From: Hemiscyllium ocellatum
Taxonomy: Eukaryota
Reading direction: 5' to 3'
DNA length: 64,000 bases
Assembly: GCF_020745735.1 (NCBI RefSeq)
Contig: NW_026867619.1
Span: 62,001-126,000, forward strand
In this document: in pieces, positions 39,520 to 51,705 of the stretch
How positions within the stretch are numbered: position 1 is the stretch's first letter
Layout: each line of letters opens with the position of its first letter
Made by a program: the position numbers and the translations under genes
Notes under the pieces: model-generated
Seen by the model: only the letters and a program-made list of their open reading frames with translations
Told to the model about the DNA's origin: nothing
The model's database searches: none

Positions 39520-41066
39520 TGGTTCTGTTCGCCGAGCTGGAAGTTTTTGTTGCAAACGTTTCATCCCCTGGCTCGGAGACATCATCATTGCTGTGGAGCC
39601 TCCTGCGAAGCGCTTCTTTGATGTTTCTTCCGGTATTTATAGTGGTCTGTCCTTGCCGCTTCCGGTGTCAGTTTCAGCTTTCCGCTGTAGTGGTTGGTAT
39701 ATTGGGTCCAGGTCGATGTGTTTGTTGATGGAGTTTGTGGATGAATGCCATGCCTCTAGGAATTCCCTGGCTGTTCTCTGTCTGGCTTGCCCTATGATAG
39801 TAGTGTTTTCCCAGTCGAACTCATGTTGCTTGTTGTCTGAGTGTGTGGCTACTAGGGATAGCTGGTCGTGTCGTTTCGTGGCTAGTTGATGTTCATGTAT
39901 GCGGATTGGTAGCTGTCTTCCTGTTTGTCCTATATAGTGTTTTGTGTAGTCCTTGCATGGTATTTTATAAATTACATTAGTTTTGCTCATGTTGGGTAGA
40001 TTAGATTACTTACAGTGTGGAAACAGGACCTTCGGCCCAACAAGTCCACACCGACCCGCCGAAGCGCAACCCACCCATACCCCTACATATACCCCTTATC
40101 TAACACTACGGGCAATTTAGCATGACCAATTCACCTGACCCGCACATCTTTGGACTGTGGGAGGAAACCGGAGCACCCGGAGGAAACCCACGCAGACACG
40201 GGGAGAACGTGCAAACTCCACACAGTCAGTCACCTGAGGCGGGAATTGAACCCAGGTCCCTGGCGCTGTGAGACAGCAGTGCTAACCACTGTGCCACCGT
40301 GCCGCCCTAATTGGCTCCTTTGTTCAATAAGTTGCTGTCTGTTGTTGATGATCTGTTGTTGATATCAACAGATGCCTAAGAGATAGACCACGGAACGAGG
40401 ACATGCCACAACCAAAAGGACTAGCCACACTACCATACATCAGGAGCGTTTCAGAACTGACAGCCAGACTACTGCGACCCTTAGGACTCACAACGGCACA
40501 CAAACCAACAGCGACGCTCAGACAACAACTCACTAGAACAAAGGAGCCAATACCCTACATGAGCAAAACTAATGTAGTTTATAAAATACCATGCAAGGAC
40601 TGCACAAAACACTATATAGGACAATCAGGAAGACAGCTAACAATCCGCATACATGAACATCAACTAGCCACGAAACGACACGACCAGCTATCCCTAGTAG
40701 CCACACACTCAGACAACAAGCAACATGAATTCGACTGGGAAAACATTACTATCATAGGGCAAGCCAGACTGAGAACAGCCAGGGAATTCCTAGAGGCATG
40801 GCATTCATGCACAAACTCCATCAACAAACACATCGACCTGGGCCCAATATACGTTCAGCGGACAGCTGAAACTGACACCGGAAGCGGCAAGGAGAGACCA
40901 CTACAAATACCGGAAGAAACATCAAAGAAGCGCTTCGCAGGAGGCTCCACAGCACCGATGATGTCGCCAAGCCAAGGGACGAAACGTTTGCAACTAAAAC
41001 TTCCAGCTCGGCGAAAAGAACCACTACAACAAGCACCCGAGCTACAAATCTTCGCACAAACTTTGA
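39520..41066. mobile_element. Penelope-like family B inverted pair (minus 39520-40360, plus 40362-41066), GIY-YIG endonuclease
   Basis: ORF 40403-41092 has NVVYKIPCKDCTKHYIGQSGR..IRIHEH..REFLEAWH; a near-identical inverted copy lies at 39637-39990. Confidence 0.92.
39998..40307 (-). mobile_element. Full-length young V-SINE (HE1-like) inserted in the Penelope arm
   Basis: Minus strand starts gggcggcacggtggcacagtggttagc (A box), has B box ggttcaattccc and a taatcta tail. Confidence 0.93.
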
Positions 41067-42053
41067 ACGATCTATTTATTCCATCTCTCTGAAATGTGTT
41101 GTTTTTACTCAGCCTTATCCAGGCGAGTGAATTTCTTCTAACTCCATGTGCACTCATTTTATCATTTAACTGGCTTTTCAGCACTTTATTTAATACCTTC
41201 TAGAAGCTCGGATACTTTCCATTATCTAATTTCTTTGCACGTCATTACAGAACTCACGCATATAAAACTGTGCTGTCTGTGACATATTCTGGGTGACCTT
41301 GGAAACCTACTTTTATTTATTCATTAGAAATGGATTCTAATCAAGCGTCTTTAACTTAAACAATTTGCACAAAACTCTTTACTCACCAGTGAAGACACAT
41401 CCTTTTCTACAACGTCAACGTTTCCTTTCACTTCCTGGGTAACAGTCAAAAGGCATAAAATAACTGTTCCGATTACTTTATAAGAGGCATGAATGGCTGA
41501 GTGGGCTCATTCTGTTTCTGGTTTGCAAACTTGATGAGCTAAATGTTTTCCTGGTGTCTCAATATTATTGTCTCAATGGCAGGTTTGTCCTGAGTAAGAC
41601 ACTCAAGGCCTTCGGTTCCTACTCCTGATAATGTTTCAGAGGATTCGGGCTGATGCAATCTATCTGTTACTACCTAACAGTTCAATGGTCTGAAGGGTCC
41701 GCTTTTGAACCTACATAACAGGCTCGAGATACTGAAAAGTGTCCTCCTGTATCCCTGAAATGGGATTGACGGATGATTGTTCTCTTGCAGTTCGCATAGA
41801 GTAGACACGTGTCAACCCGATCTCCAACTTCCCCATTAAAAGACTCAAATAGTTTTCTATCCTTCCCCAATTTCACTACAACAGGCTCAAAAGGCTGAAT
41901 GGGGTCATCTTCTTCCAGGATATCCATCTCTTCCAGTTACATTGTATACACTTGAGGAGGCAGAATGGAGGAATCCTGTTGCTTTGTCACAACGATTTAT
42001 CTCATTCCTCAAAACTCTTTCATATATTTATCTGAATCTATTTCTTTCCAGTA

Positions 42054-42238
42054 CTGAAAATGTGTTGCTGGAAAACCACAGCAGGTCAGGCAGCATCCAA
42101 GGAACAGGAAATCGACGTTTAGGGCATAAACTTATGCCCGAAACGTCAAATTTCCTGTTCGTTGGATGCTGCCTGACCTGCTGCACTTTTCCAGCAACAC
42201 ATTTTCAGCTCTGATCTCCAGCATCTGCAGACCTTCTC
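42054..42238. mobile_element. Fold-back Penelope family A pLTR mini-insertion
   Basis: Palindrome 42054-42208, flanked by the direct repeat tccagtactg (42047-42056 and 42239-42248). Confidence 0.85.
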
Positions 42239-43084
42239 TCCAGTACTGCCATCTTCAGCATCTGATTTTAATGCGTTTCCCCCTGCAACTCTCGCTAACC
42301 ATAATTCAGAGCTCTGTTGTGTCATGAATACCAGGCTTATCCAATTTCAGAACAACATTGTTTTGCACCTTCTGTCATCTTTCACTTTTTGGTGTATCGT
42401 ACTCCGTGTTGGACAGGACTTTTGAGCAGCGTGGATTCGCGTCTTTGAAACTTCATCAAGAACAAAAGTGCCTGGTGGACCTAGGCAAGTCTGGCAGCAT
42501 CTGAGGAGTGAAAGCAGAGTTAATATTTTTGACCCAGTGAATTAGCTTCAATGCTTCTCGTTTCGCCTGCAATTTTAATTTATGATACAGAATTCCAGTA
42601 TCCACAGGCGTTAGTCTGATTGAAATCTTGTCCTCTTCTCTTCTCGAAAAAACTCATCAAGTCTGGCAACATCTTCGGAGTCATAGAAACAGAGTTAGCG
42701 CTTAACGTCCAGCGTCACTCTACATCAGAACTGGAAACGTTTGAAAATGAGCTTTTTAATTCCTTGTCAGCATCGGAGGCATAGTGACAGGAAACAGAAC
42801 ACCAGGATGTGACATGCAAAAGACATGCCCTTTCTATTGTGGGTGAAAAAGAAATACAACTAAAATAGCTGTAAATTGAGATGTGAATTTGGGGAAAAGA
42901 TTTTCTCAGGATGCAGGTTTGCTCGCTGAGCTGGAAGATTCATTTCCAGTTGTATCGTCACGCTATTGGTAACATGTTCAGTCGGCCTCAGGCGAAGACT
43001 GTTGATAACTCTTGCTTTCTATTTATATGTTTGGGTTTTTTGGGGTTGTTGATGTCATTTCGTCTGGTGATGCATGTTCTGAAA

Positions 43085-45930
43085 TAAGGTACGTGAGCTT
43101 ACAGCATAGATAGATACCTGGGACTTCGATGCTGTCGCCATTTCAGAGACATGGGTAGAGCAGGGTGAGAAATGGATGTTGCAGGTTCCAGGGTTTAGAT
43201 CTTTCATTATAAACAGGCAAGGTGGAAAAAGAGGGGGAGGTGTGGCCGTATTAATTCAATATAATATAACGGTGGCTGAGAGAATGTTTAATGAGGACTC
43301 GTCTTCTGAGATAGCGTGGGCTGAGGTTAGAAACAGAAGAGGAGAGATCACACTGATTGGTGTTTCTTATAGGACTCCGTAGTTTTCCAGGGGGTTGGAA
43401 GAGATGATTAGTAAAATTATTCTAAGTAGAGGTGAACGGAACAGGGTGGTCATTATGGGGGACTTTAACGTCTCCAAAATTGACTGGAAATTTTATAGCT
43501 ATAGTATGTCGGATGCATCAGTTTTTGTCCAATGTGTCGAAGGGCCGACAAGAGGGGACGGCACACTGGATCTGGAGCTGGTAATGAACCAGGCCAGGTG
43601 TTTCATTTAGTTGTCTGTAAGCACTTTGGCGAGTGTGACCATAATCCACATACGTTTGTTTCTGCGATGCAAATGCATAGGTACATGCCACAGCTGCAAA
43701 TGTGTTGCTGGTCAAAGCACAGCAGGTTAGGCAGCATCTCAGGAATAGAGAATTCGACGTTTCGAGCATAAGCCCTTCATCAGGAATAAGAGAGAGAGAG
43801 CCAAGCAGGGGTCAAGATTTATCGATGGGGCAAGGGCAATTATAATCGATTCGGCAAGAATTAGGATACATAGAATGGGGTAGCAAAATACAGTGGATGC
43901 AGAAAATGGACTGTGGAGCTGATTTAAGGAACAGATATTGCGTGTCCTTGATAGGTATGACCCAGTCAGGCAGGGAGGAAGTGATAAGTTAAGGGAACTG
44001 TGGTTTACTACAGAAATTGGATCTCTTGTTAAGAAGAAGGAGGAGGCTTATGTGTTGATGAGGCAAGATGGTTCAACTGAGGAGATAGAGAGTTCCACAT
44101 CAGCTGGGAAGGATTTAAAAAGAGAGTGAAGAAGAGCAAAGAGAGGACACGAGCAGTCTTTCGCAAATAGAATAAAGGAGAACCCTAAAGCTTTCTATAG
44201 GTATGTGAGGAATAAAAGAATGACGAGAGTAGGAATAAGGACAGTCAAAGACGGAATAAAAAGTTGAGTGTGGACCCTGTAGAGATTGGAGAGATGCTAA
44301 ACGAACATTTTTCATTGGTTTTCACTCACGAAAAGGAGAATATTGTAGTGGAGAAGAATGAGGTTCGAGATATCAAACTGGAAAGGATCGAGATTAGTTC
44401 GGCACAGGTTTTATCGATTCTCGAAGGAGTGGAAGCAGACAAGTCCCCTGTGCCAGATGAGATTTATCAGAGGACTGACTGGGAGGCGAGAGAGGAGATA
44501 GCAGAGCCGTTAGCTTTGATATTTGAGTCATCATTTTCTACAGGGTTAGTACCTGAGGACTGGAGGATTGCAAATGTGTGCCTTGTTTAAAGAGGGCAGC
44601 AGAGATGACCAGTTAATTACAGATCAGTGACCCTTACTTTGGAAGTATTATAAGAGATAAAACTTAAAATCATCCAGCAAGCAACAATTTGATTTCAGCT
44701 TGGCACTATGGTTTCATCAATGGCAGGTTGTGTCTCAAAAACTTTTAAGAAGGTGAGCAAGCATGTAGATGGGTTAGGGCTGTTGACGTGGTATGCGTGG
44801 ACGTCAGTGAAATCTTTGATAAAGTTCCACATGGTAAGCTGATGGAAAAAATGCCGAGACATGGAATTGATGGTGATTTAGCAGTTTGGATTAGAAACTG
44901 GCTTTCTGGAAGAAGGCAGCCTGTGGTTTTTGATAGAAAGTATTCAGTCTGGAGTCCAGTTACTCGTGGTTTGCCTCAAGAATCTGTTTTGGGACTACTG
45001 CAGTTTGTTATTTTTATAAATGGCTTAGACGTAGTCGTAGGTGGATGGATTAGTAATTATGCAGACGACAATAATGTCAGTGGAGGTTTGGATAGAGGTG
45101 GAGAATGTTATAGGTTGCAGGGGAAATTGGATAAACTGCAGAATTGGGCTGAGAGCTGGTAAATGGAGGTCAATGGACTTTGGGAAGAATAACAGGTAGG
45201 CAGAGTGCTGGGTCAATGGAATGATTCTTGGCAGTGTGGATGTGCAGAGGGATCTATGTGCATAGATACCTGAAAGTTGCCACCCAGGTGGATAGTGCTG
45301 TGAAGAAGGTATATGATGCGTTATATTTCATTGGTAGAGGGACTGAGTTCTGAAACCGCAATATCATGCTACAACTATACAAAATTCTGGTGCGGCCGCA
45401 CTTGGAATACTGTGTACAATACTGGTCGCTCCATTACACGAAGGGTGTGGGAGCACTGGAAAAGTTGCAGAGAATATTTAGCAGGATATTACCTGTTCTG
45501 CAGGGAAGGTCTGACGAGGAAAGTCTGAGAGACTTGGGTCTGTTCTCATTGGAAAGAAGAAGGCTAACACGGGATTTGATAAAGACATACAAGACGATCA
45601 GAGGATTAGATAGGTTAGACAGTGAAAGACATTTTACTAGGATGATGGCGTCAGCCCGTACGAGAGGGCAGAAGAATCAATTGAGGGGTGATAGATTTAA
45701 GACAGATGTCAGAGGAAGGTTCTTTACGCAGAGAGTGGTAAGGGCGTGGAATGCCTTCCCTGTTAATGTCGTCAACTCAGCCACAATAGTGAGATTCAAG
45801 CAATCCTTAGATAAGCACAAGGATGATTTTGGGATAGTGTATAGGGACGTGCTAAGACGAGTTCCCAGGTCGGTGCAACATCGAGAACCGAAGGGACTGT
45901 TCTGCGCTGTCTTGTTCTATTATCTATGTG
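43085..45930 (+). mobile_element. CR1 ORF2 (endonuclease to RT to 3' end), interrupted by a Penelope pLTR at ~43698-43810
   Basis: GGKRGGGVAV, MGDFN, FDKVPHG, PQESVLG, YADD, LYKILVRPHLEYC; ttctattatctatg tail. Confidence 0.92.
43752..43787 (-). ncRNA. Minimal type I hammerhead ribozyme motif (Penelope family A pLTR), intact core
   Basis: AUUC CUGAUGA A GGGC-UUAU-GCUC GAAAC GUC GAAU: stem I AUUC/GAAU, 4-bp stem II, palindromic ACGU stem III, GUC cleavage triplet. Confidence 0.75.
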
Positions 45931-45959
45931 AACTCACTTCCACTTCCTTTACTCACGAG

Positions 45960-48130
45960 GTGGTAGATGGGGTCTAACTCGATGTGTTTGCTGATACAGT
46001 TCCCATTGGCATGCCATGCTTCTCTAAATCGTCGTGCGTATTTTTGATTGGCTTGTCCAAGAATAGATGTTTTTTTTCCCAGTCGCAGTGGTGTTCTTCC
46101 TCGTCCATATATATGGATATGGATGAGACAGGGTCACGTCTTTTTGTGGCTAGTTGGTGTTCATCTATCCTGGTGGCTGGTTTTCTGGCTGTTTGTCCAA
46201 TGTAGTGTTTGTTACAAAAAGAAGGGTTCGTAAAGAAGATGAAGTGTTTTATTTAAATGACATCAGTTTTGCTTTTTGTTTGTATAGGGTCTTTTAAGTT
46301 CGTTACCCTCTGTTTTAGTATGTTGGTGTGTATGTTGGCTACTGCGTTGACAAGCTGTCTGAGTTGTCTGGTCGTCATTTCAGTGGTAACCTTGATGTAG
46401 GGGTGAATGGCTAGGGTTTCCGGACGTGTTTTGTCTGTTTATTTGGGTTTGATGCTGAGAAATCGGCGGATTGTGTTCATTGGGAACCCATTCTTTTTGG
46501 AGAAATGTTATAGCTGATTTTCCTCTGTTCTGCGGAATTCCTCTGCGCTTCAGTGTGTGTTGGCTCGTTGAAATACTGTTCTGATGCAGCTTCGTTTGCG
46601 GATGTTGGGATGATTGCTTCTGTGGTTCAATATTTGTTCCTTCTGTGTTGTCTTTCTGTAGACGCTGTTTGAAATTCCCCATTGGATGTTCGCTCGACTG
46701 TGAAATCTCGGAATGGAAGTTAATGTTAAGTGCATCCTCTTTCATGAACTTTATGCAAGAGAGCGGATTGTTGATGGTCTTGAAGGTTTCCTATCATTTG
46801 TTCCGTTTAGTGATCACGAAGGTGTCATCCACGGAGCTTAAGCAAAGTTTGAGTTGAATGTTTGGCAGAGCTATTTGTTCTAGTCGCTGCATTGTTGCCT
46901 CTGCTAAGAACCCTGATATTGGTGGTCCCATGGGTATTCCATTGGTTTGACTGTAGATTGCGTTGTTGAAGATAAAGTGTGCAGTAATGCATAGGTCCAC
47001 TAGCTTGGTGATACTGCCGTTTTTGATGAAGTTAGTCATAATTGCTGACTGCGTCATTGGGTCGACTAATAGTGTAGTCAGTGGCCAAATTAATGTTGAT
47101 TTTTGTAAACAGGGCTGTTAGATCAAACGAGCCAATTATTTCATTCTCTTCTATCTTAGTGCCTTTGATGGCCTTCGGGACATCTTCGGCGGAGTGGATG
47201 GAGTGGCGTGTGTCTTCGACTAAGTGCTTTAGTCTTTGGCGGAGCACCTTTGGCAATCTGTATGTTGGTGTTCCAGTTAGTGAGACTATGGCTCTTAACG
47301 GGGCTCCTGGTTTGTGAATTATCATAATCCATAGAAGAGTGGTGTGTTGGATGCAACTGGTTTCATTTATTAGAAGTCGATCTTATTTATTTCTCGAGAC
47401 TTCTGACTTTTGTGTGAGGAGGTTTGCGCTTCAGTTCACTAGTTGTCAGTTCGGGTCTATCGTCACTTGTTCCTAAGTATTGGTATCTGTAAGTAGTGTG
47501 ATCACGTTCTCCTTGTAGTCTCTTCGATACAGAATGGCTGTCTAGCGTCCTTTGTCTGCAGGTAAGATCAACAATGTATTTTATCTTTTTTAAGTCTTTC
47601 CAGTGCTTTCCATTCTTGTGTATTGTGTGTGTTTCCTTCCATTTTTTCTGCATAATGTTGATGCGACTACCGGTTGGATGGATTTCTGGTTTATTCTGTG
47701 AGTTGTTTGTCTTTTCGTTTTGTTTCTAATGCTGCTACGAAATCCTTCTAGTCCGCATCCTGGCAGTTGCAATTTGATCCCCTGAGTATGACGGCTTTTT
47801 GAGTGTCTGTTAAGTGTCGGTCAGATAAGTTCTTTTTTTCACCCTTCTGAGTTGTCAGTGTTGTTATTTCATGTAAGTTTGTCTGGGTTTTTTTCTGCAG
47901 GTCAAGTCCTTTTTTTAATTAATTTCTGTGTTTGTTGCTTTCTAATATCTATGGCTTGTTGTACTGTGTCTCTCAATTCATCGCTTTTGCCTGACTGAGC
48001 AAGGATTTGCAGTTGTATTCCCCGATCTTCTCTATTGAATGCAATACAAACAAGAAATGGTGATCGGGAGAACGGGCAGAACAATCGTTTGAAGACGGAT
48101 CACAGTCATAATAGGGTCAGGCTGTGAAGC
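45960..48130 (-). mobile_element. Penelope-like family B, long copy with RT and GIY-YIG, degenerate
   Basis: HKPGAPLRAIVS, SFDLTALFT, QTNGIPMGPPISG, SVDDTF. Confidence 0.9.
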
Positions 48131-48214
48131 TAAGGAATTGAACAGTATTTCCTCCAGGCTCTAAGGTACCAACGTGTAAAGTCACGTTTTAATCGAGCTT
48201 TGTTTTTTCTTCAT

Positions 48215-51000
48215 TGGAGAAAGTGAGGACTGCAGATGCTGGAGATGAGAGCGGAAAATGTGTTGCTGGAAAAGCACAGCAGTTCCGGCAGTATCCAAGG
48301 AGCAGGAGAGTCGGCGTTTCGGGCATGAGCCGTTCTTCATGAATGAGGAAAGTCTGTCCAGCAGGCTAAGATAAACGGTAGGGAGGAGGGACGTGGGGGA
48401 GGAGCGTTGGAAATGCGATTGGTGGAAGGAGGTCAAGGTGAGGGCAAGAGTGGGGGTGGTGCCGGGGAGGTCAGGAAGAAGATTGCAGGTTAGGAAGGCG
48501 GTGCTGAGTTCGAGGGATTTTACTGAGACAAGGTGTGGGAGGGTAAATTCGGAAACTTCCCCTCTTCATTGTGACATTGCACAGCCACGGACCGAAATGT
48601 TAGTATGAGAACAAGGCAGCTTATTGAAATGGGAATCAATGAGAAGGACAGGGTTGCTCAGAAAGAAAGAGTGCAGGTGTTACTCAAAGCAAGTTTTGTT
48701 TAGCTTCCCCAATGTAAAGAAGATTGCATTGTGTGCAGTAATGACAATTGTCTAAATTCAAAGTGTAAACTGAAATGTTGCTTCACCTGGAAGATTTGTT
48801 TGGGGCCTTGGACAGTGAGGAAGGGAGAGATGAAGGGGCACGAGTTTCAGCTTCCGGAATTGCATGGGAACTTACCATGGGTGAGTTGGAAAGGACTCAG
48901 CATGATGGAAGTTATATCAGAGGCAATGGTTCCAGTGAAATGCTGACAGTGATTGGGAGGGGAGCAGGGTTTCATCGTGTTTTCCTTCTGAAGTTGATGG
49001 AAGTGGCGGAGGATGACTCTGTGCATGTGCACTGCAGTGTAGTGGTAAATAAGGACAAGGGGATCTCTATCATTTTTCGGTAAACGAGGGGAATATTCAG
49101 GACAGAAGAGAGGGTGATGTGTCAGTCACAGCTGAAGGCTTAGTCCACTCGTGCTGTCGGGATTTCTCGTTGACAGAAAAGAAGATGTTGTCAGAAGTTC
49201 CCCAGTGGAATGTGGCATCATCTACCGGAAATAAGAAAGAGGGGGAAAGGGGTTTAGGGTTTAGTTTTGCTCGCTGAGCTGTAGGTTTGACATCCAGACG
49301 TTTCATTACCTGGCTAGGTAACATCATCAGTGGCGACCTCCAAGTGAAGCGACCTCCAAGTTGTCTCCTGCTTTCTATTTATATCTTTCTCCAGGATGGG
49401 GTTCCTGGTGTTTGTGGAGATGTCATTTCCAGTTTGTTTCCTGAGGGGTTGATAGATGATATCTAGATCTATGTGTTTGTTTATGGCGTTGTGGCTGGAA
49501 TGCCAGGCCTCTCGGAATTCTCTGGCATGTCTTTGCTTAGCCTGTCCCAAGATAAATGTGTTGTCCCAGTCGAAATTGTCTTAATTGAAAGTGTAAACTG
49601 AAATGTTGCTTCACCTGGAAGATTTGTTTGGGGCCTTGGACAGTGAGGAAGGAAAAGATGAAGGGGCACGAGTTTCAGCTTTTTTTTCATCCGTGTGTAG
49701 GGCTATGTGGGAGAGGAGGTCGTGTCTTCTTGTGGCTAGCGGGTGTTCATGCATCCTAGTGGCTAACTTTCTTCCTGTTTGTCCTACGTAGTGTTTGCGG
49801 CAGTCCTTGTATGAAATTTAAGAGATGGTTTTGTCCATGGGTTGCACTGGAACTTTTAAGTCTGTTAGGTTATGTTTGAGAGTGTTGGTTGGTTTGTGTG
49901 CTAATGGGATTTCGAGCAGTCTCAGTAGTTTGGCTGTCATTTCTGAAACTTCTTTGACATAAGGTCAGGTGGTTAGGGTTTCGGGCTGTGTTTTGTCTGC
50001 TTATCGTGGTTTGTTCTTGAGGAATATGCACTCTGTGTTTTTTGAGTATGCTTTCTTCTTGAATACGTTATACAGGTGGTTCTCCTCTGTTTTTCGAAGT
50101 TAGTCTGTGCTGCAGTGTGTGGTGGCTCGTTGGAATAGTGTTCTGATACAGCTTCGTTTGTGTGTGTTGGGATGATTGCTGGTGTAGTTGAGTATTTGGT
50201 CAGTGTTTGTTGGTTTTCTGTATAAGAAGGTTTGTAGTTCTCCCTTGTCCTTTCTTTCCACTGTGACGTCCAGGAAATGGAAAAATTCAGTCACTGCATG
50301 TAGGTTTGATCGCTGAGCAGGGAGGTTCATTTCCAGACAGTTCGTCACCCTACTAGGTAACATCTTCACTGGGACTCAGGCGAAGCAGTGCACATGATAC
50401 CGTCCCACAAACCTAACAACACGCAAAAACAGCAGCTAATGAAGTTGAAAGACCATATACAGAAAACAAGCGAAACTACTGTAATTTACAAAAATAACGT
50501 GCCAGAACTGTAAACAAAAACGACGTTGGACAAATAGGCAGACAACTAGCCACCAGGATACATTAACAACAACAAGCCACAAAACAACATGACCCTATCT
50601 CACTAGCATCCTTCAGTAGACATAAAGAAGGATACCGCTTCGACTGTGGCAACACATCCATCTTTGGACAAGCTAAACAGAAACACACACAAGAATCTCT
50701 ATGGGCATGACATTCCAACCAGAACCCAATCAACAAACAGATCGAGTCACACCCCATCTTCTGAACCCTGTGAAAAAGAACAGGAAATGATATCAACACA
50801 GGAAATACCATCATCAACCCAAAGAAATCCAAACATATAAATAGGAATCAGGAATCATTTGCACTGCTTAGCCTGAGGCCCACTCAATATGATACCTAAT
50901 GGGATGACGAAACGGTTGGAAATAACCTCCCGGCTCACCGACATAATCAACATCCAGAAGATTAAGCTGAGCTACAAATCTCCTCAAAACTCGCTAAAAT
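48215..51000. mobile_element. Cluster of Penelope-like fragments (A minus 48215-48560; B minus 49265-50400; B plus 50400-51000)
   Basis: pLTR sequences; FLDVTVER..YRKPTNTDQILNYTSNHP; AREFREAWHS. Confidence 0.8.
49294..49333 (-). ncRNA. Minimal type I hammerhead ribozyme motif (Penelope family B pLTR), intact core
   Basis: CCA CUGAUGA U GUUACC-UAGCCA-GGUAAU GAAAC GUC UGG: stem I CCA/UGG, 6-bp stem II, ACGU palindrome, GUC triplet. Confidence 0.75.
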
Positions 51001-51705
51001 TCTGTCATTCTCAGCTGATCACGTGTTCCTTCATGCAAATGATTGAAAACAACCGAAATCTAAACTGCAGCTTTCTGCCTTACAACTCATCTAAATCAGA
51101 ACGTGAAAATAAATCCAGGAGAAGCTCAGTGGCTGTGCAGGTGCAAACGCCTCAGCAGATATTTCATTCTGCTCAGGAATGATTGCTGGTTTTCAAAAAG
51201 AAGGGTTGGAAAATAAGATCAATCATCTATGGTTCGCGAAGGCTGTCATGTAGTCCACTCAATCACAAATTGGTGTGCACTAGCGTAGGCCAGACATGTG
51301 ACTTTTATTTTAGGAATGAGAAGCATACGACATATTTCAAAAAAATGGAAGAAAACATATTATGAAAGTAAACTGAGTGAAAGTAATGAAAAGCCCACAG
51401 GAGCTTTTCTGTACCTTTAAAAAGTAATTCAAGATGAGTGTATAACACTTGGAAGAAACAAAGTGAGGATAGTCGATATGGGACACCAGGAAGGTGAGAC
51501 CGGGGAATTGCTCAAAGGGAATAAGCAAATAATTTAAACCCGTGTTTTACACACTTCCTCGCAGAGGGAAGCACCATACGTATTTCAGAGATAAATAAAA
51601 AACAAAGAACGAAGAAAGTCACAGCACAGGAACAGACCCTTCGTGCGTCCAAGTGTGTCCCAATCCATCTCCTCTATCTAAACCTGCCAGCTCTTTCTTA
51701 AAGAT

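Noticed and set aside
39998-40307. tRNA genes
   Set aside because: The A and B boxes belong to SINE heads and there is no complete cloverleaf.
40403-41092. 229-aa GIY-YIG ORF as a domesticated host gene
   Set aside because: It has a near-identical inverted twin and many dispersed relatives, and it reads through into the pLTR; this is a young Penelope fragment.
49251-49264. ggtttagggtttag as a telomeric repeat
   Set aside because: Only two TTTAGGG-like units at an element junction, and not the vertebrate hexamer.
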